The notes: generated from the sequence alone by a model not told the origin. Positions 26,364-35,690 are shown, numbered from the stretch's first letter. The stretch: DNA of 64,000 bases from Armatimonadota bacterium (GCA_023511535.1 JAIMBK010000003.1:25471-89470), one strand, 5' to 3'. Translations and numbers: made by a program.

Positions 26364-28025
26364 TTAGAAAACAGGCTTTTCTTTGTATTCGCCGAAAACT
26401 TCCTTCATCGTCTGGATGATCTCGCCCTCGGTGGCGTAGGCCCGCACGCACTCCAGGATGCAGGGCATCAGGTTTTCCGTGCCCGCGCAGGCCCGGCGCA
26501 GGTTGTCCAGGGTTTCCTTGACCCGGATGTTGTCCCTTTCCTGGCGCAGCTTCCGCACCCGCTCCACCTGCTCCTTTTCCACCTGCGGGTCAATCTTGAG
26601 AATTTCGATTTCCAGCTGTTCGTCGGGGTTGATAAATTCGTTCACCCCGACTAAAATTCTTTGTTTGCTGTCCAGGGCCTGCTGGTAGCGGTAGGCCGCG
26701 TCGGCAATTTCCTGCTGGAAGAAATTCTGGTCGATGCAGGCCAGCACCCCGCCGCGCCGGTCGATTTCCTCAAAATACTTTTCCGCTTCTTCTTCCATTT
26801 TATTGGTGAGCGCTTCGACGTAGTAGGAGCCGGCCAGGGGGTCGATGACGTTGGCCGCGCCCGTTTCGTAGGCGAGAATCTGCTGGGTGCGCAGGGCGAT
26901 CTGGACCGCCTTTTCGGTGGGCAGCGCCCAGACTTCGTCCATGGAGTTGGTGTGCAGGGACTGGGTTCCGCCCAAAACGGCGGCCATGGCCTCGTAAGCC
27001 GTGCGCACGATGTTGTTTTCCGGCTGCTGGGCGGTGAGGCTGCAGCCGGCGGTCTGGGTGTGGAAGCGCAAAAGCCACGAGCGGGGGTTTTTCGCCCCGT
27101 ATTTTTCCTTCATCCGGCGCGCCCAGATCCGCCGGGCGGCCCGGTACTTGGCGATTTCTTCGAAGAAGTCGATGTGCGCGTTGAAGAAGAAGGACAGCCG
27201 GGGGGCGAAGTCGTCCACGTCAAGCCCTGCTTTGATCCCCGCTTCCACGTAGGCGAAGCCGTCGGCCAGGGTAAAGGCCAGCTCCTGGACGGCGGTGGAG
27301 CCGGCTTCCCGGATGTGGTAGCCGCTGATGCTGATGGTGTTCCATTTGGGCACGTGTTTGGAACCGAATTCGAAAATGTCCGTAATGATCCGCATGGACG
27401 GTTCGGGTGGGAAGATCCAGGATTTCTGGGCGATGTATTCCTTTAGGATGTCGTTCTGGATGGTGCCCGTGAGCTGCTCCGGGCGCACTCCCTGCTTTTC
27501 CCCGGTGGCGATGTACATGGCCCAGATCACCGAGGCGGGGGCGTTGATGGTCATCGAGGTGCTCACCTTATCCATGGGGATGCCGTCAAAAAGGGTTTCG
27601 AAGTCCTGCAGGGAGTCGATGGCCACGCCGCACCGGCCCACTTCGCCCAAGGAGCGGGGATGGTCGCTGTCGTAGCCCATGATGGTGGGCATGTCAAAGG
27701 CAATGCTCAAGCCCGTCTGGCCTTTTTCAAGCAGGTACTTGTAACGCTGGTTGGAGTCCTTTGCCGTGCCGAAGCCGGCAAACTGGCGCATGGTCCACAG
27801 GCGCCCGCGGTACATGTTCCCCTGGACGCCGCGGGTAAAGGGGTAGAGGCCGGGGAAGCCCAAATCGCGCAGGTAGTCTAAGCCTTCGATGTCCAGAGGG
27901 GTGTAAAGATCGTTGACCGGCAGGCCGGAGACCGTTTCAAACCGTTCTTCCCGGTCCTTCATTTTGCCGCGCAGTTCCAGCCATTGTTGCCGTCCCTTGC
28001 GGATTTCTTCGGATTCATTGCCCAT
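26364..28025 (-). CDS. icmA: Acyl-CoA mutase large (substrate-binding) subunit, isobutyryl-CoA-mutase-type signature
   Basis: Global MCM-family sequence. Substrate-carboxylate residues are replaced: RQFAGF (Phe for MCM Tyr89) and KEYIAQKSW (Gln for MCM Arg207). Confidence 0.8.
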   Translation of the reverse strand: MGNESEEIRKGRQQWLELRGKMKDREERFETVSGLPVNDLYTPLDIEGLDYLRDLGFPGLYPFTRGVQGNMYRGRLWTMRQFAGFGTAKDSNQRYKYLLEKGQTGLSIAFDMPTIMGYDSDHPRSLGEVGRCGVAIDSLQDFETLFDGIPMDKVSTSMTINAPASVIWAMYIATGEKQGVRPEQLTGTIQNDILKEYIAQKSWIFPPEPSMRIITDIFEFGSKHVPKWNTISISGYHIREAGSTAVQELAFTLADGFAYVEAGIKAGLDVDDFAPRLSFFFNAHIDFFEEIAKYRAARRIWARRMKEKYGAKNPRSWLLRFHTQTAGCSLTAQQPENNIVRTAYEAMAAVLGGTQSLHTNSMDEVWALPTEKAVQIALRTQQILAYETGAANVIDPLAGSYYVEALTNKMEEEAEKYFEEIDRRGGVLACIDQNFFQQEIADAAYRYQQALDSKQRILVGVNEFINPDEQLEIEILKIDPQVEKEQVERVRKLRQERDNIRVKETLDNLRRACAGTENLMPCILECVRAYATEGEIIQTMKEVFGEYKEKPVF

Positions 28026-28082
28026 AAAATTACCACCTCATTTCCTAAAAATTATATAAATTTAATCCTTTTATGAAGTTTT

Positions 28083-28155
28083 CCAGGCACAAAGGCACAA
28101 AGTAAAATATTCCCTGGTTGCACCTGTTTCTTCGTGCCTTCGTGCCCCCTGTGCC
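28083..28155. repeat. GGCACAAAG / CTTYGTGCC inverted-repeat element (copy K2)
   Basis: ccaGGCACAAAGGCACAAAG, a 29-nt spacer, then CTTCGTGCCTTCGTGCC, ccCTGTGCC. Confidence 0.8.
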
Positions 28156-28247
28156 TCCCCTATAAAAATAGCTTTCGCACATTTTCATCTTCTGTTGATG
28201 TCGCCGAAAAAGCAGCATGGAGGTTTAATCCCCGATCTTTTCTCTAT

Positions 28248-28274
28248 CCCCTAATTCCCAATCCCCAATTCCTG
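28248..28274 (+). repeat. Heptamer tract copy H6 (G-rich on the mRNA strand, directly after the activase stop)
   Basis: CCCCTAATTCC CAATCCC CAATTCC TG on the + strand, 4 nt from the stop of minus-strand gene 28278..29228. Confidence 0.8.
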
Positions 28275-28277
28275 TCT

Positions 28278-29228
28278 TTATACGTCCCAGCGCGGGCAGC
28301 GTCCTCCCCAGCGCCCGATGATCCGGTCCGCTTCGTAAATCTCCACGATTTCGCACGTATTGGGGCAGCCGTCGCACTCGAAACTGCTTGTGCGGTAACG
28401 CACTTGCGCGGCGCCAAAACCCTTAAAACTGGTGGACCCTTTTTTGCCGGCCTCTTCTTTGGCCAGGTAGGCGGCGCCGATGGCGCCCATGATTTTATGG
28501 TGCTCCGGGACATAAATTTCCAGTTTTAAAGCCCGCTCAAAGGCCGCCTTAATGCCGACGTTGGCCGCTACCCCGCCCTGGAAGACAACCGGCGGAAGGA
28601 TTTCCTTGCCCTTTCCCACGTTGTTCAGGTAGTTGCGCACCAGGGCCTCGCACAACCCGTTAATGATGTCCGGCAGGGAGTGCCCCATTTGTTGTTTGTG
28701 GATCATGTCCGATTCGGCAAAGACGGTGCACCGGCCGGCGATCCGGACGGGTTTTTGCGACTGCAGGGCCAGGCTGCCGAACTGGTCGATGGGAATGTTC
28801 AAGCGCGCCGCCTGCTGGTCCAAAAAAGAGCCCGTTCCAGCCGCGCAGACGGTATTCATGGCAAAATCAACCACCACCCCCCGGCGCAAAATAATCATTT
28901 TCGAATCCTGGCCTCCGATTTCGAATACGGTCTGAACGTCGGGAATCAACAGAGAAGCAGCTAAAGCGTGGGCGGTAATTTCGTTTTTAATCACGTCGGC
29001 ACCCACCATTACGCCGGCCAGGAAACGGCCGCTTCCCGTGGTCCCCGCGCCGGCGATTTCGATCCCCGCCGGCAAACTTTCCCGGACCTGCCGCAGGCCT
29101 GTCTGGATGGCTTCAATCGGCCTTCCGGCCGTGCGCAAATACAACCCGCTCAGAATTTCCCCGGCTTCCGTCAGGATCACCAGGTTTGTACTGACGGAGC
29201 CCACATCGATGCCAAGGTAAGCTTTCAT
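28278..29228 (-). CDS. BadF/BadG/BcrA/BcrD-type ATPase (2-hydroxyacyl-CoA dehydratase activase-like)
   Basis: Acetate/sugar-kinase fold N-terminus LGIDVGSVSTN. Cluster-bridging Cys contexts (VCAAGTGSF, AGRCTVFAESD). C-terminal Cys-rich tail CDGCPNTCEI. Confidence 0.85.
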   Translation of the reverse strand: MKAYLGIDVGSVSTNLVILTEAGEILSGLYLRTAGRPIEAIQTGLRQVRESLPAGIEIAGAGTTGSGRFLAGVMVGADVIKNEITAHALAASLLIPDVQTVFEIGGQDSKMIILRRGVVVDFAMNTVCAAGTGSFLDQQAARLNIPIDQFGSLALQSQKPVRIAGRCTVFAESDMIHKQQMGHSLPDIINGLCEALVRNYLNNVGKGKEILPPVVFQGGVAANVGIKAAFERALKLEIYVPEHHKIMGAIGAAYLAKEEAGKKGSTSFKGFGAAQVRYRTSSFECDGCPNTCEIVEIYEADRIIGRWGGRCPRWDV

Positions 29229-29241
29229 TCCGTTCCCTTCT

Positions 29242-30348
29242 TCAAATGTTTACGGCCATTTTGGGCGACTTTGCCTGCTTTTTCCGGTAGCGCAGCAAAT
29301 CCACGAAAGCTTCCAGCCGGGTGGTCATTCCGGCCTTCCCGGTTTGTTCGTCCAGGAAAAAAGTAAGCACAGGCAGATCATAATCTTTAGCCACCCGGGG
29401 CAGGATGGTGCGGGCGACAATTTCCGGGATGCAGGTGAAGGGAGCCAGCTGAATCACCCCGTCAAAGCCCCGTTTGGCGTAAATGATTGTGTTGCCCACC
29501 GACTCGCGGCCGTGTCCGCCCAGCAGTTCGGGCAAATAGGGCAGGGCCGCCTCGCGCACGGTGATGTTTTCCACCGTTTCCGCCCAGGTGTTGTCGCGGG
29601 TCCAGCCGGTCAGGAACATGGAGCGTTCCACCTCCACGCCCAGGTTGCCCAGGGTTTCTTCCATTTCCAGGTTGCTGGCCGGCTCCAGCAGGACGTAAAT
29701 TTCCCCCACAATGCCCACGCGCAAAACTTCCCGTTCCGGGTCCTGCGGTACTTTTTGTAGCGCCTCCAGGGCGGCGGCTTCCGCCTCGAGGATTTCTTTT
29801 AAGGAATAAGCGTGGTCAACCCATTCCACGCCCTGCCGGTAAACCCTGGTGGTAGCGCCGCGGCTCAGTTCGCGCGGGCGCACCCGGTGGCTGAGTTTTT
29901 CCAGGTTGTCCAGGGCCTGGATCTTGCGCCAGGCCCGCCGGACGCACTCGTAAACGGACCGGTAGGACAGCCGGCGCGGATTCAGTTTTTTTACATTCAG
30001 CAATAGATCCAGGGGGTAGAGCCGCGGCGGTTCGAAGACGATGATGTCCACGGAGTAGCCCAGGGAGCGCAGAATTTTTTTATGTAGCTGAGCGTAATGG
30101 CCGGCCCGGCAGGGACCCACCCCGCCGCTGGTGACGATTAACTCTACCCCTTGCGGGCAGGTCTCCAGATAGGTGCCCAGGAGGATTTTGACCGGAAAAC
30201 AGGCGAATTCCGGGGCGTACTTAACCCCCAGGTCGAGGGTGCGTTTGCTGGGCCGGGGTGGCATAATTACCTCGTTGCCCAGGTCGTTCATCAGCATTTT
30301 TAGTGCCCGCTGCGCTTCCGCAACGTGAGGAAAGGTGATTACCGGCAT
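29242..30348 (-). CDS. Acyl-CoA dehydratase activase-related protein (DUF2229 / dehydratase component-D-like)
   Basis: 368 aa. Resembles the C-terminal modules of the large 'CoA-substrate-specific enzyme activase' fusions. Its start overlaps the upstream gene's stop. Confidence 0.7.
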   Translation of the reverse strand: MPVITFPHVAEAQRALKMLMNDLGNEVIMPPRPSKRTLDLGVKYAPEFACFPVKILLGTYLETCPQGVELIVTSGGVGPCRAGHYAQLHKKILRSLGYSVDIIVFEPPRLYPLDLLLNVKKLNPRRLSYRSVYECVRRAWRKIQALDNLEKLSHRVRPRELSRGATTRVYRQGVEWVDHAYSLKEILEAEAAALEALQKVPQDPEREVLRVGIVGEIYVLLEPASNLEMEETLGNLGVEVERSMFLTGWTRDNTWAETVENITVREAALPYLPELLGGHGRESVGNTIIYAKRGFDGVIQLAPFTCIPEIVARTILPRVAKDYDLPVLTFFLDEQTGKAGMTTRLEAFVDLLRYRKKQAKSPKMAVNI

Positions 30349-31349
30349 CAGGCAGCCGCCCCCTTTTTCCTTCTAACCATATCCGCAAAAGCTTCCAGGC
30401 GAGTGGTCATGCCGGCCTCGCCGCTGTGTTCGTCTACGGTTAAACTCATAAACGGGATGCTGGAGCGCTCCTTGACCAGCATTTCCATAAATTTATCCAG
30501 CATGGCGTCCGGTCCGCAACCGAAGGCGGTGAGGTGGATAATTCCGTCCACCCCGCCGCGCTGCAAGAGAAACTGGGTAGCTTTATAGGCCAGGTCGCTA
30601 AACGTCCAGAAAAGCCGTTTGTCTAAAATATGCGGCTGCCTGGCCAGGGGTTTCGCCGGTAAATTTTCGGCGGTGACCGCCTTGATTCCCATTTTGGATA
30701 ATTTATTTAATAGTCCGACGCTGACAAATTGATCATGAATAAGGTACGGGTAACCAAGAATGGCAAAAACGAGTTCCGTTTTATTCCGGTGGAAATGGCC
30801 TGGGGATTTCTGGACCGCGGATTTATTTTTGAAGATTTCCAGGGCTTCCGGGGGCTGATAACCCGCCTGCAAAAGGGCGAAAAAACGCCTTCCGGCAAGT
30901 ATGGCCTTTCCGTAAGCCTGCGCTACGGCCGGCCATTTGGCACCCAGGGCGCGGCCCGCTTCGCTGTATGCGCGGTAGAGGGCACCGGTTCCTTCGCGCA
31001 CATCCATCCGGACATCAATCAGCGGGGGAAGGTCCGTCAGAACGTGCCTGATCATATCCGGCAGCCCGAGAAACTTGGGACAGTAGGTGGTCTCGCCATT
31101 TAAGCAAACCACCCGGGGCACAAACAGGTAGTCGACCCCTTTTTCAATCAGGTTCAAAACGTGACCGAAGTACAGCTTGATAGGCACGCAGGCATCTGCC
31201 AGCGCTTCTTTAACGCCGTAGTCCAGCGCTTTTTTATTTGTTTTGCCGGAGGTGACAACCTCGGCGCCGATATTCCGGAAAAAGGTTTCCCATACCGGAA
31301 AGTACAGGTAATAAAGCAGGGTGCCTGGAATACCGACCCGGGCAGGCAT
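30348..31349 (-). CDS. Acyl-CoA dehydratase activase-related protein (DUF2229-like), first gene of the triad
   Basis: 333 aa, paralogous in layout to 29242..30348. RBS AGGAGGTG upstream of ATG 31349. Confidence 0.7.
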   Translation of the reverse strand: MPARVGIPGTLLYYLYFPVWETFFRNIGAEVVTSGKTNKKALDYGVKEALADACVPIKLYFGHVLNLIEKGVDYLFVPRVVCLNGETTYCPKFLGLPDMIRHVLTDLPPLIDVRMDVREGTGALYRAYSEAGRALGAKWPAVAQAYGKAILAGRRFFALLQAGYQPPEALEIFKNKSAVQKSPGHFHRNKTELVFAILGYPYLIHDQFVSVGLLNKLSKMGIKAVTAENLPAKPLARQPHILDKRLFWTFSDLAYKATQFLLQRGGVDGIIHLTAFGCGPDAMLDKFMEMLVKERSSIPFMSLTVDEHSGEAGMTTRLEAFADMVRRKKGAAA

Positions 31350-31367
31350 GGCCGCACCTCCTGGGAA

Positions 31368-31400
31368 CAGGGATTAGGGGTTGGGGATTAGGGGATAGGG
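31368..31400 (-). repeat. Heptamer tract copy H7, 5' of the triad RBS
   Basis: Minus strand reads CCCTATCCCCTAATCCC CAACCCC TAATCCC TG, then ttcccAGGAGG and ATG 31349. Confidence 0.85.
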
Positions 31401-31603
31401 TTTACTTTTATGCCGCTTTTAGTGATCACAACGGAACAACAGAGGGTGCCCGGCGCACAGCTCAGGTTAATTTTTTTTGTTCTGAGCAGGGAGCTGGGAG
31501 CCGGTTGCTGATTCCGGATATCTATTTTCCTCTGTGTTCTCTGTGGTTAAATTTATATTATTGAGTATTTCTATGACTGCGGGGAAAATCCTCTTCCAAA
31601 AGG

Positions 31604-32914
31604 TTACAATTTTCGCCCGGGAAACTTGCTTTTTAAAACTTCCCAGCCTTTGGGGTCTTCTAAGCCCAGGCGCCAGACGGCGACGCCCCCCAGGTTGTAC
31701 TTCACCGCCAGATCCAGCTTGCCCGCCCAACTGCTGGCGTTTTCAAAGTAAACTTCGTGGCGGGAGCCATTTTCGTCTACGTAAGTAAAATAAGGAACCT
31801 GCGCCCTTTCGTCCCAGCTGATCGGCTGCCGGTAACGGCGGGCGGTGGCCATGGCGATGGCGTACGAAATGTAGCGCGGCTCTTCCCGGTCCTCGTTCCA
31901 GTCAAACCCGTAGGCCGGGATGCCCAGGACGATCTTGGCGGGCGGAATCTCCCGCAAGACGCTGCAAATTACCTTTTCCACCCAGGGCAGCGAAGCCACC
32001 GGCCCCGCACCGCTAAAAACGCCGTGCTCGTCGTAGGCCATGATTACTACCTGGTGGGCGTAACGGCCTACCGTTCCGTAATCGAAAGAATCGGACCAGC
32101 TTAAGCCGGTTTGTTCGTCCAGCCTCGCCGGGAGAGCCACGGAAAGGTAATATTGCCGGGGCGCCAGCGCATCCGCCAGTTCTTTAATGAATTGATTAAA
32201 CAATTGCCGGTCACGCGGGTAAATGTTTTCCAGATCAATTTCTATGCCCGCAAAGCCATTCTCTTGAATGACGGCCAGCAGATTCTTGATCAGCGCCTGC
32301 CGGTTTTCCTTGTCGGCCAAGACCCGGTGGGCCGCTTCCCGGCCGTCGATACCTTTATTATATAACAGGTTATGAACGAGAGCCAGTACCTTTACGTTCT
32401 GTTCGCGGGCAGTTTTAACCAGCCTGCGCATTTCTTCCCGGGTGACGTCCGCCTGCAGAATCAAATCACCGTTTCCCCGGGGATCGAGCTGGTACCAGAA
32501 GGGTGCAACCTGGGTGAGGACACTACCCTGGGCGGCCAGGACGGCTGCGGAAGAAGGCAGGGGGCCTTCCGCACCGGTGTAGTAGCCATGGACAATTCGC
32601 GGCCGGCTGCCCGTCCTTTGCAAAAAAACATCAATTGCCGCCCGGGTTTGGGGACCGACAATTCCATCCGCCTGCAGGCGGGCGTCTTTTTGTAGACCGG
32701 TTACCGCCAGGGAGGTCAGGGGACCGAAATAGCCGGTGGGGGAAGCCTGGAAATAGCCCAATTGCCGAAGCTGTTCTTGCAAAGTGCGGACGTCTGCGCC
32801 GTAGTCGCCTTGCGCCAAAAGCCGGTTGGTCTGTCCGGGGGAGGAAAATCCGGAGGAAAAAATGAGGGCGACAAAGAAAATCAGCAGGGTTGGCAGTTTT
32901 AGCCGGGAAAACAT
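31604..32914 (-). CDS. Peptidoglycan-binding domain + GH18 glycosyl hydrolase (spore cortex/peptidoglycan hydrolase-like)
   Basis: Signal peptide, PG_binding_1 repeat (GADVRTLQEQLRQLGY...), GH18 catalytic FAGIEIDLE. Start set to ATG 32914, which follows GAAGGAGG. Confidence 0.8.
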   Translation of the reverse strand: MFSRLKLPTLLIFFVALIFSSGFSSPGQTNRLLAQGDYGADVRTLQEQLRQLGYFQASPTGYFGPLTSLAVTGLQKDARLQADGIVGPQTRAAIDVFLQRTGSRPRIVHGYYTGAEGPLPSSAAVLAAQGSVLTQVAPFWYQLDPRGNGDLILQADVTREEMRRLVKTAREQNVKVLALVHNLLYNKGIDGREAAHRVLADKENRQALIKNLLAVIQENGFAGIEIDLENIYPRDRQLFNQFIKELADALAPRQYYLSVALPARLDEQTGLSWSDSFDYGTVGRYAHQVVIMAYDEHGVFSGAGPVASLPWVEKVICSVLREIPPAKIVLGIPAYGFDWNEDREEPRYISYAIAMATARRYRQPISWDERAQVPYFTYVDENGSRHEVYFENASSWAGKLDLAVKYNLGGVAVWRLGLEDPKGWEVLKSKFPGRKL

Positions 32915-33168
32915 AATAACCTCCTTCGCGGTAAACATTTTAACAAATTATATAAAATTTACCCTCAGGAGGCATTGCAAAATATCTGGCTTAAATGGGA
33001 CAAGCTGGCAATCAGCAAATGCCGGGTAGCGGCTGTTAAGGTTGGGAAATGCCAGCCCTTCTTTAAGCCGTCCTTTGCTCCATAAAAAACCGGCTGCCGT
33101 TATTAATGGCCGCCGGTGCTGGTAGATGGATACTGATCTAATGCCTTTCAACGCCAGGGAAAATCGAT

Positions 33169-33615
33169 CTAGTGGATGTCGATCCGGATCGGTTTTCGCC
33201 GGCCTTCCTCACTCTTCGGAATGCGCACCTCCAAAATCCCGTTCCGGTAGCTCGCCCGGGCCTGCTCCGGTTTCACCTCGGCCGGCAGGGGGACGGTGCG
33301 GCTGAAAGTACCGTAATACCGCTCGCTGTGGTAAAAATCGTCGTCCTTTAGGTCCTGGGCGCGCTTGAATTCTCCTCTGATGGTCAGGCTGTTGTCCGTG
33401 ACCGAGACGTCAATGTCTTCCTTCGACTCGATGCCCGGCAGCTCCGCCGTGGCCACCACCTCGTTTTCCGTCTGGTAAACGTCAACCCGCGGCCCGTACC
33501 CTTCCAGGCCCCAGCCGCCGCGCCAGCCCCGCCACCAGGGGCTTTCCAGGAAACGATTCATGTGTTGGCGCAGGGCGCTTAATTCTCCAAATGGATCCCA
33601 GCGCATTAAGCCCAT
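33169..33615 (-). CDS. Hsp20/alpha-crystallin small heat-shock protein
   Basis: 148 aa alpha-crystallin domain (VDVYQTENEVVATAELPG...AxxxNGILxV: ASYRNGILEVRIPK). Confidence 0.9.
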   Translation of the reverse strand: MGLMRWDPFGELSALRQHMNRFLESPWWRGWRGGWGLEGYGPRVDVYQTENEVVATAELPGIESKEDIDVSVTDNSLTIRGEFKRAQDLKDDDFYHSERYYGTFSRTVPLPAEVKPEQARASYRNGILEVRIPKSEEGRRKPIRIDIH

Positions 33616-33636
33616 GACTGAAAACCTCCTTGAAAA

Positions 33637-33666
33637 TAGGAATTGGGGATTGGGAATTAGGGATTA
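33637..33666 (-). repeat. Heptamer tract copy H8 in the hsp20 5' UTR
   Basis: Minus strand reads TAATCCC TAATTCC CAATCCC CAATTCC TA, then ttttcaAGGAGG and ATG 33615. Confidence 0.85.
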
Positions 33667-33812
33667 GCCCTCTTCCCGGACATGCTTGTTTTCATATCTG
33701 AAATTAAATTTGCCCGGAAACAACCGCAAATATACGCATAATAAAAGCAGGAAAATAACCTTTGTGCAGCGAAAGTCGAATAGTGGAGAAGGGACAAGGG
33801 AGATGATTTGCT

Positions 33813-34418
33813 TTGTGGATGAACCTGGAGCCGGCCATTCGAAAAGCGCGGGAGGATTTCGGCCGGCGCGACCCGGAAGCAATGGCCTTCAACGCCCGGG
33901 TGTCCTTTGCCCGGGGAGAATTCGAAATACCGTTCCTGGGCGAAGCATACCTGGTCCGCCACCCGCAGGGAGAGGTTAGGTGCATCCCGCAAGAACAGGA
34001 GGTACCTCTCCCCCTGCAGATTATTTTACTGCACTACCTCGCCCAGGCAACGCCGGCGGCCCCGGAAGGCAGGCTGGTCTCGTTTAAGGAATTGCCCGGC
34101 GGAAATATCTACGTGGGGCCTTTCACCAACCGGACGATCCGCCCCCTGCTGAAATACTTCGGCACGCAGCCGGAAAAGCTCCTGGCGGCCGGCGCAAAAT
34201 TAGGCGGGAAATCCGCCGGCGTTGGCGAGTTTTCCGTAACCGTGCCCGCTTTGCCGAAAATTCCCGTCACCTTTGTCATCTGGCCCGGCGACGAGGAATT
34301 TCCTCCTTCCGGAAATATTCTCTTCGATTCCTCCGCCGCCAGGCACCTGCCCGCGGAAGATTACGTTGTCTTGTGCGGCCTGGTTTTGGACGAATTAAGA
34401 AGAACAGGAGGCGAATAG
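33813..34418 (+). CDS. Hypothetical protein (possibly DUF3786-like)
   Basis: 201-aa ORF with good coding look. Its stop lies 1 nt before the nudF start. The family assignment is from memory only. Confidence 0.5.
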   Translation: MWMNLEPAIRKAREDFGRRDPEAMAFNARVSFARGEFEIPFLGEAYLVRHPQGEVRCIPQEQEVPLPLQIILLHYLAQATPAAPEGRLVSFKELPGGNIYVGPFTNRTIRPLLKYFGTQPEKLLAAGAKLGGKSAGVGEFSVTVPALPKIPVTFVIWPGDEEFPPSGNILFDSSAARHLPAEDYVVLCGLVLDELRRTGGE

Positions 34419-34419
34419 T

Positions 34420-34977
34420 TTGACCTCCCAGGCAGAGACCCGGGAAACCCGGATTGCTTCCAGAATCATCTACGAAGGGAAAATTGTTCATCTGCGGGTT
34501 GATCAGGTCAGGCTGCCCAACGGCCGGGAAGCCTCCCGGGAAGTGGTGGAGCACGCGCCGGCGGTCGCGGTGGTGGCCCTGGACCGGAATCAAAACGTTT
34601 TGCTGGTGAGGCAGTACCGTTACCCGGTGCAAAAGGAGGTGCTGGAAATTCCCGCCGGTCTGGTGGAAGCGGGGGAGGAGCCCCTGGCGGCGGCGCAAAG
34701 GGAGCTGGCGGAGGAAACGGGCCGGCGCGCCCGGCGCTGGCAGCCCCTTTTCAGCATTTATTCCTCCCCCGGATTTACGGACGAGCAGCTTCACCTTTTT
34801 CTGGCGCAGGACCTGGAGCCGGCCGGCGGGCAGCACCTGGACGAGGACGAGTTTATCAAAGTGGTGAAGGTGCCCCTGGCGCAGATTCCGGAAATGATCA
34901 GGCGGGGCGAAATCTGCGACGCCAAGTCCGTCGCCGGCCTGCTGGGGTGCGGCTATCCGTTTGAAGGTCGCAGGTAA
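34420..34977 (+). CDS. NUDIX hydrolase (ADP-ribose pyrophosphatase-like)
   Basis: Nudix box GLVEAGEEPLAAAQRELAEETG. TTG start. Confidence 0.85.
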   Translation: MTSQAETRETRIASRIIYEGKIVHLRVDQVRLPNGREASREVVEHAPAVAVVALDRNQNVLLVRQYRYPVQKEVLEIPAGLVEAGEEPLAAAQRELAEETGRRARRWQPLFSIYSSPGFTDEQLHLFLAQDLEPAGGQHLDEDEFIKVVKVPLAQIPEMIRRGEICDAKSVAGLLGCGYPFEGRR

Positions 34978-35690
34978 GGGCGGATGACCAGTTTCCCGTT
35001 TTCCAGCAGGGCCATTTGCGGGGTCCCGTTCTCCGGAAGGGAGGATGGGGAACTCTTCCGCGGCGCCGGCGCCGCCACTCCGGCGATGGTCAGCCGGTTG
35101 GGGCGGAGGTCCAGCGCCACCACCATGGCCTTTTGGTTGTCCGGTTCGCCGGCGTGCACGTCTCCCCGGCACCGCCCCATAATGACGACGTCCCCGGAAG
35201 CGAAAATCCGGGCGCCCGGGTGAACGTCCCCCACCAGGACCAGGTTGCCGGAATGGACAATTTGCTGCCCGGAGCGCAGCTGGGTGCACACCAGCCGGGC
35301 GCGCTCGCCCGCACCGTTTTGGGCCGGACGGACCGGCCAGCGGATGTTCGGGGCGGGAACCAGCCCGTATTGCCGGCAGATGTTTTCCAGCTCCACCTGC
35401 TGCTCTGCGTTCAAGGCCGTGTTTCCCTGGTAGAGGGTAAATTTAGCGCCCCGGAAAAAGCCCCGGGCCGCTTCGATTTTATGTTTCAAGTTATTCTTAA
35501 TCTCTTCAAATTCCCTTTCCGGGTCAAAAAAGATGACCAGACCTTCGCGCGTTCCTTTAATGCTGACAAGTTCCTTCGCCAAAGGAAATCCACCCTTCCA
35601 GGATTTTCTTTCTACGGGTAAAATTCGACTTGCCTGTTCTTTTTCCTGCCGGAAACGAAAAGTTTGTTTAAAAAAGGTCGGCCTTTGCAT
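34953..35690 (-). CDS. minC: Septum site-determining protein MinC
   Basis: N-terminus IKGTREGLVIFF. C-terminal beta-helix repeats (VHSGNLVLVGDVHPGARIFASGDVVIMG). The true start may be internal. No minD is adjacent. Confidence 0.8.
   Translation of the reverse strand: MQRPTFFKQTFRFRQEKEQASRILPVERKSWKGGFPLAKELVSIKGTREGLVIFFDPEREFEEIKNNLKHKIEAARGFFRGAKFTLYQGNTALNAEQQVELENICRQYGLVPAPNIRWPVRPAQNGAGERARLVCTQLRSGQQIVHSGNLVLVGDVHPGARIFASGDVVIMGRCRGDVHAGEPDNQKAMVVALDLRPNRLTIAGVAAPAPRKSSPSSLPENGTPQMALLENGKLVIRPYLRPSNG

Noticed and set aside
28083-28155. GGCAC-containing repeats read as sigma-54 (-24 TGGCAC / -12 TTGC) promoters
   Set aside because: No TTGC(A/T) lies at the required 4-5-nt spacing after GGCAC. 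The units occur in both orientations and in tandem, which fits a repeat element and not a promoter.
33616-33700. CIRCE/HrcA operator upstream of hsp20
   Set aside because: I searched by eye for TTAGCACTC-N9-GAGTGCTAA and found nothing.
34276-35289. 337-aa ORF on the minus strand (R/P/G-rich)
   Set aside because: It lies antisense to or overlapping the well-supported nudF and minC genes. Its composition is the typical shadow-frame product of GC-rich DNA, and it has no motif or RBS.
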